Shown here piece by piece: positions 1 through 8,075 of a DNA stretch of 64,000 nt. The DNA is from Candidatus Levyibacteriota bacterium (GTDB lineage: Bacteria > Patescibacteriota > Microgenomatia > Levybacterales > UBA12049): assembly GCA_016182235.1 (NCBI GenBank), contig JACOXT010000004.1, positions 28,537 through 92,536 of the forward strand, written 5' to 3'. Position 1 is the stretch's first letter, and each line of letters begins with the position of its first letter. The translations under genes were made by a program, and so were the position numbers. A model generated the notes under the pieces. That model did no database searches. It had not been told where the DNA came from and saw nothing but the letters and a program-made list of their open reading frames with translations.

Positions 1-1
1 T

Positions 2-664
2 GTTCCTCTCGGAATAGACTCTGACAAATATAGTCCCGAAAATATAGCTGAAAAACGAAAAGAATGGAGAAACAAATTGCTCCCTGAAGATCTTCGATCA
101 AGTCTTAATTTCTATATGGTTGGAAGAATTGCTCCCCAAAAAAATCAATTAAACGCTGTCAAAGCATTCTGTGAGGCAATTAGAAAAACCGGAGATAGAA
201 ATCTAACTATGTCTATTTTTGGTGGCCCATTAGATAATAACACCTACTATAATGAACTAAAAGAATTTATAAAAACTCAACCAGAATATATACAAAGAAG
301 AATTTTATTCCATGGTGTTGTAGACGGAGAAATAGCTCATGCAGTAGGAGATATATTCGTTGGTCCTTCTATTTGGGAAACGTTCTTTCTTGCCGCAGCA
401 GAGGCAATGGCTAGCGGGAAACCAACGATTATTTCAGATAAGGCCATATTAAAAGAAGTTGCCGGAAAAGGCTCAATCTTTGTATCCGACTCTAAAATCG
501 ATAAGATAGCAGATTCCATAGCTATAATGGCAACAAATCCTGATTTTAGAAGCTTCTCCTCGCAGTATAATAAAAAAAGGGCATGGAAAAATTTTACATG
601 GGGAAAATCTGCCCAAACACTCGACGATGTGTGGAACAAGCTGAAGAAAAATAATATTGCATGA
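2..664 (+). CDS. GT4-family (GT-B) glycosyltransferase, C-terminal part; 5' end outside window
   Basis: The frame is open from nt 2 (VPLGIDSDKYSPE...). It has an E-x7-E motif (WETFFLAAAEAMASGKP) typical of retaining GT4 enzymes. The track start at 77 is an internal TTG. Confidence 0.8.
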   Translation, partial: VPLGIDSDKYSPENIAEKRKEWRNKLLPEDLRSSLNFYMVGRIAPQKNQLNAVKAFCEAIRKTGDRNLTMSIFGGPLDNNTYYNELKEFIKTQPEYIQRRILFHGVVDGEIAHAVGDIFVGPSIWETFFLAAAEAMASGKPTIISDKAILKEVAGKGSIFVSDSKIDKIADSIAIMATNPDFRSFSSQYNKKRAWKNFTWGKSAQTLDDVWNKLKKNNIA

Positions 665-1878
665 CATACAATATCATTAGCAAGTGTTATGGTTTAAGCA
701 CTAAAAACCTTATCCAAAACTCGACTAGATTTGGACTTTTAGCTGCCTCTCCAACAAATCTAGAAAGCAAAGCAAAAAACTATACTTCTCTTTTTACACG
801 CGATATTGGAGTTTCTTCCTTGGGAATCCTTTCTTCTCAAAACCAAAAACTAATTGATATTCTTAGGACTTCTTTAATTACGCTTACTGAATCTCAATCT
901 AAATTAGGTCAATTTCCTTTTTACTATATACCAGAAACTAAAACAGTAAGATGGTGGGCTCCGGGAGCAATCGATAGTACGCTATGGTGGTGTATAGCTT
1001 TTTTAAATTACTATAAATCTACTAACGACAAGCAATTCTTCGATAAATACAACTCCAATCTAGAAAAAGCTTTCACTTGGCTAACTTATCAGGATACCAA
1101 TAACGATAGTCTTTTGGAACAAGGGGAAAGTGCAGATTGGGCAGATGAAATGCCTCGCCACGGAACAGTTCTCTACTCTAATACTCTATGGTATTGGCTC
1201 GTAAAATTAAGGGCAGAAGTAGAAAAACGCAATGATTTAATACCTCTACAAACAGAAATTTATGAATCTTTTAACACATTGTTCTGGACACACAAGCAAG
1301 AAGACAATACTCTTAATTATGTTCCAGAAAATAATTTTACATTAAAGAACGTTTATTCAAAGGGGGTCATAGAATATACAAATACTCATGCCGTCTTTCT
1401 TCCTTATTATTTTGGATTTGTTTCATACAAGTCTTTCGAAATGAGATGCGATGTGTATGCAAATATTTTGGCGTGTTTAGTTGGTCTTGCAGATGAAATA
1501 AAAGCCAAGCTTATTACTGATTTTATTATAAGAAGTGGAAGCAATCTTCCTTACCCAGTAAAGGCTCTTTACCCACCTATTTATCCAGGCGAAAACGATT
1601 GGAAAGAGCAAATGAGTAAAGGAAGACAAAATTATCCATGGCAATATCATAACGGAGGCATATGGCCATATATCGGAGGTTTCTGGGTAAAATGGCTTTC
1701 AATTTACGATAAAGAAATTGCAAAAAAAGAACTGCAGAAATTAGCTCAAGCTAATAGCCTTAATCATTGGGAATTCAATGAATTTTTGCATGGTCAACTT
1801 GGAACCCCAATGGGAATCCCTTTACAATCATGGAATATGGCAATGTTTATTGAGGCATACAAATCTACTATTGAATAG
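661..1878 (+). CDS. Six-hairpin glycoside hydrolase, GH100 alkaline/neutral invertase-like or GDE_C-like
   Basis: Motifs LFTRDIGVSSL, PGAIDSTLWWCIAF, GESADWADEMPRHG and YHNGGIWPY resemble (alpha/alpha)6 invertase/debranching families as I recall them. There is a 4-nt overlap with the upstream GT gene. Confidence 0.55.
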   Translation: MTYNIISKCYGLSTKNLIQNSTRFGLLAASPTNLESKAKNYTSLFTRDIGVSSLGILSSQNQKLIDILRTSLITLTESQSKLGQFPFYYIPETKTVRWWAPGAIDSTLWWCIAFLNYYKSTNDKQFFDKYNSNLEKAFTWLTYQDTNNDSLLEQGESADWADEMPRHGTVLYSNTLWYWLVKLRAEVEKRNDLIPLQTEIYESFNTLFWTHKQEDNTLNYVPENNFTLKNVYSKGVIEYTNTHAVFLPYYFGFVSYKSFEMRCDVYANILACLVGLADEIKAKLITDFIIRSGSNLPYPVKALYPPIYPGENDWKEQMSKGRQNYPWQYHNGGIWPYIGGFWVKWLSIYDKEIAKKELQKLAQANSLNHWEFNEFLHGQLGTPMGIPLQSWNMAMFIEAYKSTIE

Positions 1879-1891
1879 ATTCCCAAATGAC

Positions 1892-2875
1892 ATGACTGAA
1901 AGCATTGAGAATCTTGCAAAAATTGACGTAACTCCTAAAGCACTCGTAATTGAGAATGAAGGCCTAAAAAAGGCTGTATGGGTGCTGTCTGATATTGACG
2001 GGACTGTTAATGATGAAGGGGAAATAGAAAGCGAAAGGATATACACAATTGAACCAGCAAAAGAGGCCTTTAGGGAGCTTGAGCAAAGAGGCATAAGCGT
2101 AGGACTTATTACGGCTAGAAGTTTTGCAGAAGCAGAAGAATACCAAACAAAATTATTAATATCAGGAAACATTGTTTGCGAAGACGGAGCAGTTATTGTG
2201 CTACCTAAATCCGCATCCACCAGAAACATGAGCGAACTGATTAAATTTGGAAAAATCGAAACTCATGAGGGAAGAGTTGTGCTTCTGCCAAAAGGAGACT
2301 TAGAAAAATCACCCATCACAACAGAAGATATAAAAAACTTAATTGAAGAAGTAGAATTATCAACAAAAACAAGGATAATTTCCTCATGCACAAGTGCACC
2401 AGACGAATTAAGGGTTGCTGCAAAACATGCGACACTTGAAGCTGCAAAATTAAGCCAAGACAGGCTAGCTTCTGCTTATGCAGTAAATTTAACAGAAGAG
2501 CAAAGAGAATTAGCTAAGGATCTATCTGACTCAAAGGGAATACGTACGTTTACAAATCCTGTTGACAAGATAACAATGTTTTTTCCTAAAGGCGTAAACA
2601 AAGGTCATGCTGTTGATATTTTACTTGAAATAACACCCCTACTTTACCCCTCTCTAAACGTTGAAGGAACATTCTTAATAGCAATTGGAAACAACAACAA
2701 TGACTCACCGTTCTTAAAAAAAGCAGACATAGCAGTAGTTGTAAGGAAGAAAAATGGAGATCTAGCTATCTTACCTGAAAATATTCCTCAAGGAACAATA
2801 ATTCCAAATGCCCCATTTAGCCATGGGGTCAAAGAAGCAGTCTCCCAAATACTAGAAGCACTAAAACCTAATTAA
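1892..2875 (+). CDS. HAD-IIB sugar-phosphate phosphatase (SPP/MPGP/Cof-like)
   Basis: HAD motif I is VLSDIDGTVN, motif II is GLITARS and motif IV is GNNNNDSPF. I moved the start to the in-frame ATG at 1892, because the track start at 1778 would overlap the upstream gene by about 100 nt. Confidence 0.7.
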   Translation: MTESIENLAKIDVTPKALVIENEGLKKAVWVLSDIDGTVNDEGEIESERIYTIEPAKEAFRELEQRGISVGLITARSFAEAEEYQTKLLISGNIVCEDGAVIVLPKSASTRNMSELIKFGKIETHEGRVVLLPKGDLEKSPITTEDIKNLIEEVELSTKTRIISSCTSAPDELRVAAKHATLEAAKLSQDRLASAYAVNLTEEQRELAKDLSDSKGIRTFTNPVDKITMFFPKGVNKGHAVDILLEITPLLYPSLNVEGTFLIAIGNNNNDSPFLKKADIAVVVRKKNGDLAILPENIPQGTIIPNAPFSHGVKEAVSQILEALKPN

Positions 2876-2889
2876 GTTGAGAAAAAACA

Positions 2890-2950
2890 ATGCAGATCAT
2901 TGATTTTAAAAAATTCAATAAATCTTCCTAAAAGAACTCATCGATGTGCT
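2890..2950 (+). repeat. Copy A of the hexokinase 5'-end repeat (decayed, frameshifted)
   Basis: An ATG at 2890 is followed 34 nt later by the exact core CTTCCTAAAAGAACT (2924-2938). The core is shared with copies at 3744-3758 and 4634-4648. Confidence 0.75.
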
Positions 2951-3067
2951 GGTAAAAGGATGACTTCTCTTAATCTAATATAATCTTTTAAGTCCAAATT
3001 TATCTATTTCATCTCTTATGTATGTTGTTCAGATACATACCTTTAGCGCAAGCTAATCGTCAGATAG

Positions 3068-3625
3068 ATGTCAGTAATAAGTCAAGCTATCCATCTGTAT
3101 ATACTTTATTATTCCCATATGCATATGGAAAATAAATCTGACTGGTCATCAAAAGAATCATTAAAGACTTTATCTACGCAAGCAAGAAATGAGGTACAAA
3201 AAATAACAGAAGCTCTTGTCCCGATAGATAGAAAAGTCGACAAGAAATCACCCCTTAATGAAAGAGCTAGGCAAAATTTAGGGTTCTTAAATGAATTATT
3301 AAATAAAGCGCCATTTTTACGAGAATATCTCACGCGTACAGGTAAGCAGATTATATTATCTAAAGCCTTCAATCCTTGGACTATTATTCCTATGCCGGAT
3401 ATAGCAATAGCCGACAGAACTTTAAGTAATAATGTAGGCTTTGATTCTCAAGGAGTTGTGATGTCATTCTTTAGTGATGCTGGATACAGGAAAAGAGTTC
3501 CATTATCAATTGGTTGGCTTGATACCTATTTTGAGACAGGGCATGCTGGAGCGTTGAGTCTTAAAAAGTTTGCAGACACAAGCAGAGAATCTTTGCTTAA
3601 AAAAATAGTTGCAGGAATTAAATAA
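3068..3625 (+). CDS. Hypothetical protein (orphan cassette ORF)
   Basis: A 185-aa ORF with no motif I recognise, bracketed by repeat copies A and B. The true start may be an internal Met (MHMENK...). Confidence 0.4.
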   Translation: MSVISQAIHLYILYYSHMHMENKSDWSSKESLKTLSTQARNEVQKITEALVPIDRKVDKKSPLNERARQNLGFLNELLNKAPFLREYLTRTGKQIILSKAFNPWTIIPMPDIAIADRTLSNNVGFDSQGVVMSFFSDAGYRKRVPLSIGWLDTYFETGHAGALSLKKFADTSRESLLKKIVAGIK

Positions 3626-3709
3626 TCACAACATTTCCTAATTTTCTACAAGACCTAAAATATTCTCTGAGGGAAAGAACTCATTCTTCCCCTAACCCTC
3701 AGTAAACCA

Positions 3710-3834
3710 ATGAAATTAAATATCTTAAAACCATTCAACAAAACTTCCTAAAAGAACTTCAACGGGCAAGCGGGCAAAAAGATAGTGTCAGCATTTCTGT
3801 CAAAAAAATACTTGACAGATTAAATGACGCCTGA
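3710..3834 (+). pseudogene. Copy B: truncated, frameshifted 5' fragment of a hexokinase-like gene
   Basis: About 79% identical to the first ~60 nt of the hexokinase gene at 4599, with a 1-nt deletion. The shifted frame reads NFLKELQRASGQKDSVSISVKKILDRLNDA and then a stop. Confidence 0.7.
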
Positions 3835-3840
3835 TAAGAT
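3812..3840 (+). promoter_or_regulatory. Sigma70-like promoter of the Phd-VapC operon (near-leaderless)
   Basis: TTGACA (3812-3817), a 17-nt spacer, then TAAGAT (3835-3840). The ATG lies 8 nt after the -10 element and no SD is visible. Confidence 0.6.
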
Positions 3841-3848
3841 ATCCTTCT

Positions 3849-4121
3849 ATGATTACCCCAGGCATTATCACAACTAGACAAATACTTAGAAGTTATAAAG
3901 AGATATTTGAAAGAGTCAAGAAAACCAAAGAGCCTCTTATTGTTGTAAGCAAGAAAAAACCACAAGTTGCTATTGTGAATCTGGATGACCTGGAAGAACT
4001 TAAAAAGCTTAAGAATAAAAGATCTACAAAAGCTCTATTAGACTTAGCAGGACTAATCCCAAAGGGAAGCGGCTTACCTTCTGATTTGTCTGAAAAGCAC
4101 AATGAATACACTTGGGATTAG
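3849..4121 (+). CDS. Type II antitoxin, Phd/YefM family
   Basis: 90 aa. The pattern ITTRQILRSYKEIFERVKKTKEPLIVVSKKKPQVAIVNLDDLEEL is typical of Phd/YefM N-domains. It overlaps the downstream PIN gene by 20 nt. Confidence 0.75.
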   Translation: MITPGIITTRQILRSYKEIFERVKKTKEPLIVVSKKKPQVAIVNLDDLEELKKLKNKRSTKALLDLAGLIPKGSGLPSDLSEKHNEYTWD

Positions 4122-4572
4122 TAATCCAATTGTTGTAGGCGATACCGATGGGCTTATCGCCATTATCCACGCGGAGGATAAGAATCATATTAAAGCAAAA
4201 GAGACAGTTTTAAGACTACTGCAAAATGATATCCAAACTTTATTTCCTTTAACCTGTATCGTTGAGACTGTTACGACTTTAAAACGAAAACTCAATAGCA
4301 CAACTCTTGCTGAGCTTGTAGTAGATAGAATTACAAATGGAACAATTACGATCGAAGATGTTGATATCAAACTCCTTTCTAGTGCTTTAGTTATATTTGA
4401 CCTAAAAGGCTCCAAGCAAAACACTTTGTTTGACGCAATTGTTGCTGCAACTGCTAAAAAACATAAATCAGAGTTTATTTTCTCTTTTGACAAATGGTAT
4501 GAGAAATTAGGATTTAGACTGGCTGTTGATTTGCAAAAACAGCTCCAAGGAACAAGTACGAGAAAGAATTAA
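4102..4572 (+). CDS. vapC: PIN-domain toxin, VapC-like
   Basis: The N-terminus has an acidic D-T-D pattern (VVGDTDGLIAI) and there is a C-terminal DAIVAATAKKH motif. The gene is paired with the antitoxin. Confidence 0.7.
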   Translation: MNTLGISNPIVVGDTDGLIAIIHAEDKNHIKAKETVLRLLQNDIQTLFPLTCIVETVTTLKRKLNSTTLAELVVDRITNGTITIEDVDIKLLSSALVIFDLKGSKQNTLFDAIVAATAKKHKSEFIFSFDKWYEKLGFRLAVDLQKQLQGTSTRKN

Positions 4573-4598
4573 GTGAGGAAAATCTTACGAGATGAAAA

Positions 4599-5702
4599 AT
4601 GAAACTTAGTACATTAAAAACCATCCGGCAAAACTTCCTAAAAGAACTCCAAGATGCAAATATAGGCAGGAAGAATAGCCTTGCTTTTATTGTTAATGAA
4701 ATTCCCAAAATTCCTCTTGTAGAAAATGGGAAAAGATTTCAGGTTTTGGTTGTCGGAGGAAGTATTTGCAAAAAAGCAATTCTTGTTAAGAAAGATAATG
4801 AGCTTGAGGTTGTTAAGAATGAAACAGCTAAACAACCTTCTTTTAATAATGAATTAGTTTTTTTGGAATTTATAGAAAAGAATCTTGAAGACAACATTAA
4901 CATTTTGGCTTTAAATTTTGCTTATCCCCTAAAACCCATCTTTATAAATAAAAAGCTTGACGGAATCCTTATAAAAGGTTCTAAGGAAAATTCTTTTGGT
5001 AATCTTGTTGGCAGAAAGATCGGAGAGGAGATAGAAAAATATGTACTTCAAAAAAATGGCAAAAAAATAATTGTCTCTCTGGCAAACGATACTATCTGTC
5101 TTCTGCTTTCGGGATTAACAAAATTTTCATGGGATAATCTTGCCGCAGGAATTGTCGGAACAGGACTTAACTTTGCGATATTTAAAAACAAAAACAAATT
5201 GGTTAATTTGGAGTCTGCAAATTTTGATAAATTCCCAAAAACAAAGGAGACACAAATTATAGATAGAGAATCAAATAATCCCGGAGGTTGGCTTTTTGAA
5301 AAAGAAACAACAGGCGCATATCTTTATAAACATTTTAATATAATCCTAAAAGCAAAAAATCTCCCATTCTCGCCTATCAATTCGACGGAAGATCTAAATG
5401 CTTTATGCTCTAAAAATATTCCCAAGATTTCCAAAATTGCACAAGACCTTTTAAATCAATCCGCTCAATTGGTTGCTTGTCAAATAGCCGGAATAACTGC
5501 ATTCAAAAAACCCCACTTCGCTAAAGCTTCGAGGGGCAAGCAAAATATGGTTTTTGTTATGGAAGGAAGTTTGTTTTGGAAAGGAAATAATTATAAAAAA
5601 ATAGTCAAAGAAACTGTTAGAAAATTAGTACCAGAATATAAAGTTGAATTTGTAGAAATAAAACAAAGCGGTATAATGGGCGGCGCAAAACTAATATGTT
5701 AA
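4599..5702 (+). CDS. Hexokinase-family sugar kinase (actin-fold ATPase)
   Basis: Motifs LALNFAYPL, LANDTICLLLSG, GIVGTGLNFA and EGSLF resemble hexokinase_1/2 domains. It contains a GC-rich insert at 5511-5541. Confidence 0.7.
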   Translation: MKLSTLKTIRQNFLKELQDANIGRKNSLAFIVNEIPKIPLVENGKRFQVLVVGGSICKKAILVKKDNELEVVKNETAKQPSFNNELVFLEFIEKNLEDNINILALNFAYPLKPIFINKKLDGILIKGSKENSFGNLVGRKIGEEIEKYVLQKNGKKIIVSLANDTICLLLSGLTKFSWDNLAAGIVGTGLNFAIFKNKNKLVNLESANFDKFPKTKETQIIDRESNNPGGWLFEKETTGAYLYKHFNIILKAKNLPFSPINSTEDLNALCSKNIPKISKIAQDLLNQSAQLVACQIAGITAFKKPHFAKASRGKQNMVFVMEGSLFWKGNNYKKIVKETVRKLVPEYKVEFVEIKQSGIMGGAKLIC

Positions 5703-6064
5703 TTTATTCAATGCCTCATTAACAAATCCATCTGCTTTTGTATTTTCCTCCCGAGGAATATGTTTATAATAAATAGGCAAAGTTATCTGCGCTTCCCTAT
5801 CTCTAATGGAAAAAAGTAAATTGCGAAGATCAGAATTTTTAACCTTGAAAACCCCTATTATTTGATAACAAACTAGTTTTGAATCAAGACCATTGCAGCA
5901 ATCACCGCTTTATATTCCGCAACATTATTGGTGGCAACTCCAATTGTCTTTCCAAAGCCACCAATCTTCTCTTCTTTACCATTTGTTATATATACTCCAA
6001 TTGCGGCAGGACCAGGATTTCCTCTTGCTCCTCCATCAGTAAATATTTTTATACTATCAATCAT
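5691..6064 (-). pseudogene. rnhA: RNase HI-like gene disrupted by a frameshift and short deletion
   Basis: The N-terminal part (MIDSIKIFTDGGARGNPGPAAIGV...TNNVAEYKAVIAA) stops at a TAG at 5873-5875. The C-terminal part (DSKLVCYQIIGVFKVKN...HIPREENTKADGFVNEAL) continues in another frame down to a TAG at 5691. Confidence 0.6.
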
Positions 6065-6170
6065 ATTATTTATTTTATCATAATTGACTTGTGGTTCGAA
6101 TAAATTTTCTCCTTGACCAAAAGCCCAAAAGTATGGTTCTTTGAAAAATAGATGGAGAGAAATGTGAAAT

Positions 6171-6656
6171 TTAGCGTGGCTTAACAACAAGAACTCTATC
6201 CCTGCCCTCTCCCTGAGATTCTGAAATTACCTCTTTGTCATCTTGAAGCTCCAAGTGAATAACTCTTCTCTCCCAAGACTTCATTTCCGGAATAATAATT
6301 TCTTTATTTTCCGACAGAACTCTTTCCTTGGTTTCTTGAGCCAGACTTTTTAGCCACTCTATTCTATTTTTTTTGTAATCCCCAACCTCCAAAGATACAC
6401 GAATAAATCTTCCTAATTTTTTAGCAATGCATAAAGAAAGTACAAGCTGCAATCCCTCCATAGTATCACCGTGATACCCAATTACAATTCCTGTATCTTT
6501 TGTATCCAAAATTATATCAACGCTTTCGCTTTCTTTATCCAGCACAGAATCGGTGCTGGATTTGTTCTCCAATATGTCAAATTTACCGTCAATATTCAAA
6601 AGCCCGAAGAGTTCGTCTGCAACAGTTTTTATAACTTTTATTTCTTTTTTATCCAT
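6171..6656 (-). CDS. jag: Jag/SpoIIIJ-associated RNA-binding protein (KH + R3H)
   Basis: The C-terminus is R3H-like (ERRVIHLELQDDKEVISESQGEGRDRVLVV). The gene lies immediately downstream of yidC with a 19-nt overlap. Confidence 0.8.
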   Translation of the reverse strand: MDKKEIKVIKTVADELFGLLNIDGKFDILENKSSTDSVLDKESESVDIILDTKDTGIVIGYHGDTMEGLQLVLSLCIAKKLGRFIRVSLEVGDYKKNRIEWLKSLAQETKERVLSENKEIIIPEMKSWERRVIHLELQDDKEVISESQGEGRDRVLVVKPR

Positions 6657-7471
6657 GAACTTAACCCTCCCAACCCCATAATTTTATATTGCTGTATGAT
6701 ACCAAAAATCGTGAACGTATTCCAGTATAAAGCAAGTCCTACGGGAAATTGCCATGAGAAAAATCCAACCATAAGGGGCATTAGATACATCATTTGACTT
6801 TGCATGGCGCTCATTGCGTCTGACGTAGTTTCTTTTTCTTTTTTCTCTTTAGGCGAATCCGATGGATAAGGCTTTACTGGTTTTCCCGCCATCATTTTTG
6901 ACTGAACAAATGTCAGAAAAGCTGTAACAACGGGGATTGACAAAAGCACCAATCCATACTGACCAAACTCCGATGGCTTACTAGCTAGGTTTAAACCTAA
7001 AAAGCTGGGATCCGGCATTTTCTGTAAGTCTGGTAAAAATGAATAGACGAGATCATTAATACGCCCTAGTCCTGATTTTGCATCAAAAAAAGCGAAAATT
7101 ACCTGATACAAAGCGAAAAAAACCGGAATTTGAATCAGAGCGGGTAAACATCCAGCTGCTGGATTTATGCCGTGCTCTTTAAAAAGCGCCATTTGCGCTT
7201 TTGCAAAGTTTTGCTGATCTCCCTTGTGTTTTTGTTTCAATCTATCCAAATGGGGTTTTAGCTCTGACATTTTTGAAGTAGAACGAAGCTGAGCAGACAT
7301 TAAGGGCCATATCAAAACCCGAATTATAGCAGTTAAGGCAATAATTGAAAGCCCAAGCGATCCCGGAATGCCCAAAAAGTTAAACCCGTGGATCAGGACA
7401 ACCATTACGTTAATAATGGGAACAAAAAATAATGTGTTAAATAAAGAAACTATTAATGAAAAAGGGTTCAT
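6638..7471 (-). CDS. yidC: Membrane protein insertase YidC
   Basis: A 277-aa multi-TM protein with MSELKPHLDRLKQKHKGDQQ and GCLPALIQIPVFFALY motifs, in conserved rnpA-yidC-jag synteny. Confidence 0.9.
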   Translation of the reverse strand: MNPFSLIVSLFNTLFFVPIINVMVVLIHGFNFLGIPGSLGLSIIALTAIIRVLIWPLMSAQLRSTSKMSELKPHLDRLKQKHKGDQQNFAKAQMALFKEHGINPAAGCLPALIQIPVFFALYQVIFAFFDAKSGLGRINDLVYSFLPDLQKMPDPSFLGLNLASKPSEFGQYGLVLLSIPVVTAFLTFVQSKMMAGKPVKPYPSDSPKEKKEKETTSDAMSAMQSQMMYLMPLMVGFFSWQFPVGLALYWNTFTIFGIIQQYKIMGLGGLSSWIKKK

Positions 7472-7478
7472 TCAAAAT

Positions 7479-7817
7479 TTATTTTAGGCGATTTATGAGC
7501 CTTGCTTTTTCCAAAACTCCTCTTATCTGTAAATCAATTTTGTTATTGGTTTTATTTAGAATTTCTTTCTTTACTATAAAAAGCATATCTTGCCCGCTAA
7601 TTATATCTTTATTCAAGTCAATAAGAATTGATCTAAAAATTCTTTTGATTTTATTTCTCACAGTACTCCTTTTGTCAATTTTCTTTGAAACTACAATCCC
7701 AAACCTATTTACAATTAATCCGTTTCCTTTTACTTTTAGCACAAAAAAGGGGGTGGAAAAAAAATTGGAATTATAAAATCCTACCCCCCTAGGAAGACGG
7801 TTTTGTCTTTTAAACAT
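7479..7817 (-). CDS. rnpA: Ribonuclease P protein component
   Basis: 112 aa and basic, with an FKRQNRLPRG start and the family's typical KKxxxxAVxRNxxKR-like region (SKKIDKRSTVRNKIKR). It sits between rpmH and yidC. Confidence 0.85.
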   Translation of the reverse strand: MFKRQNRLPRGVGFYNSNFFSTPFFVLKVKGNGLIVNRFGIVVSKKIDKRSTVRNKIKRIFRSILIDLNKDIISGQDMLFIVKKEILNKTNNKIDLQIRGVLEKARLINRLK

Positions 7818-7827
7818 TTTGTCCTGC

Positions 7828-7962
7828 CTAAATGGACACCTTTCCCCTTCTTTTTAATCTTCTTCTTTTAAGAGTTTTTTGTCCCCCATGAGATCGCATT
7901 TTTACCAAAAAACCGTGCTTTCTTTTTCTTTTTACTTTTTTTAATTTTACAAATTTCTCCAT
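7828..7962 (-). CDS. rpmH: 50S ribosomal protein L34 (not in ORF track; too short)
   Basis: Manual translation gives MEKFVKLKKVKRKRKHGFLVKMRSHGGQKTLKRRRLKRRGKVSI (44 aa). This carries the L34 signature KRKRxHGF..RM....G..vL.RRR.KGR. Confidence 0.9.
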   Translation of the reverse strand: MEKFVKLKKVKRKRKHGFLVKMRSHGGQKTLKRRRLKRRGKVSI

Positions 7963-8075
7963 ATAAAAATTATAACAAATCCATAACGCCTTTTAAAGTG
8001 GCAAAAAAAGATATAGTCTTATCTACTTTATCCGTCTTGACAAAAAGTTATCCACATAGTTAAACTTCTTGCTAC
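7963..8075. promoter_or_regulatory. rpmH-dnaA divergent intergenic region with DnaA boxes (oriC/dnaA promoter candidate)
   Basis: A perfect TTATCCACA box lies at 8048-8056. Weaker boxes are TTATCTACT at 8019-8027 and TTATCCGTC at 8028-8036. Confidence 0.65.

Noticed and set aside
337-639. Antisense or alternative-frame ORFs inside well-supported genes. Examples: 337-639, 1828-2229, 8774-9172, 10875-11159, 12133-12697, 18348-19373, 20253-20545, 33669-34112, 41539-41856, 58467-59109.
   Set aside because: Each lies wholly inside a longer ORF with clear family motifs on the other strand or frame. None has recognisable motifs of its own.
5703-5872. Apparently non-coding gap after the hexokinase gene.
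   Set aside because: It is the out-of-frame C-terminal half of the disrupted RNase H gene, not an intergenic regulatory region.
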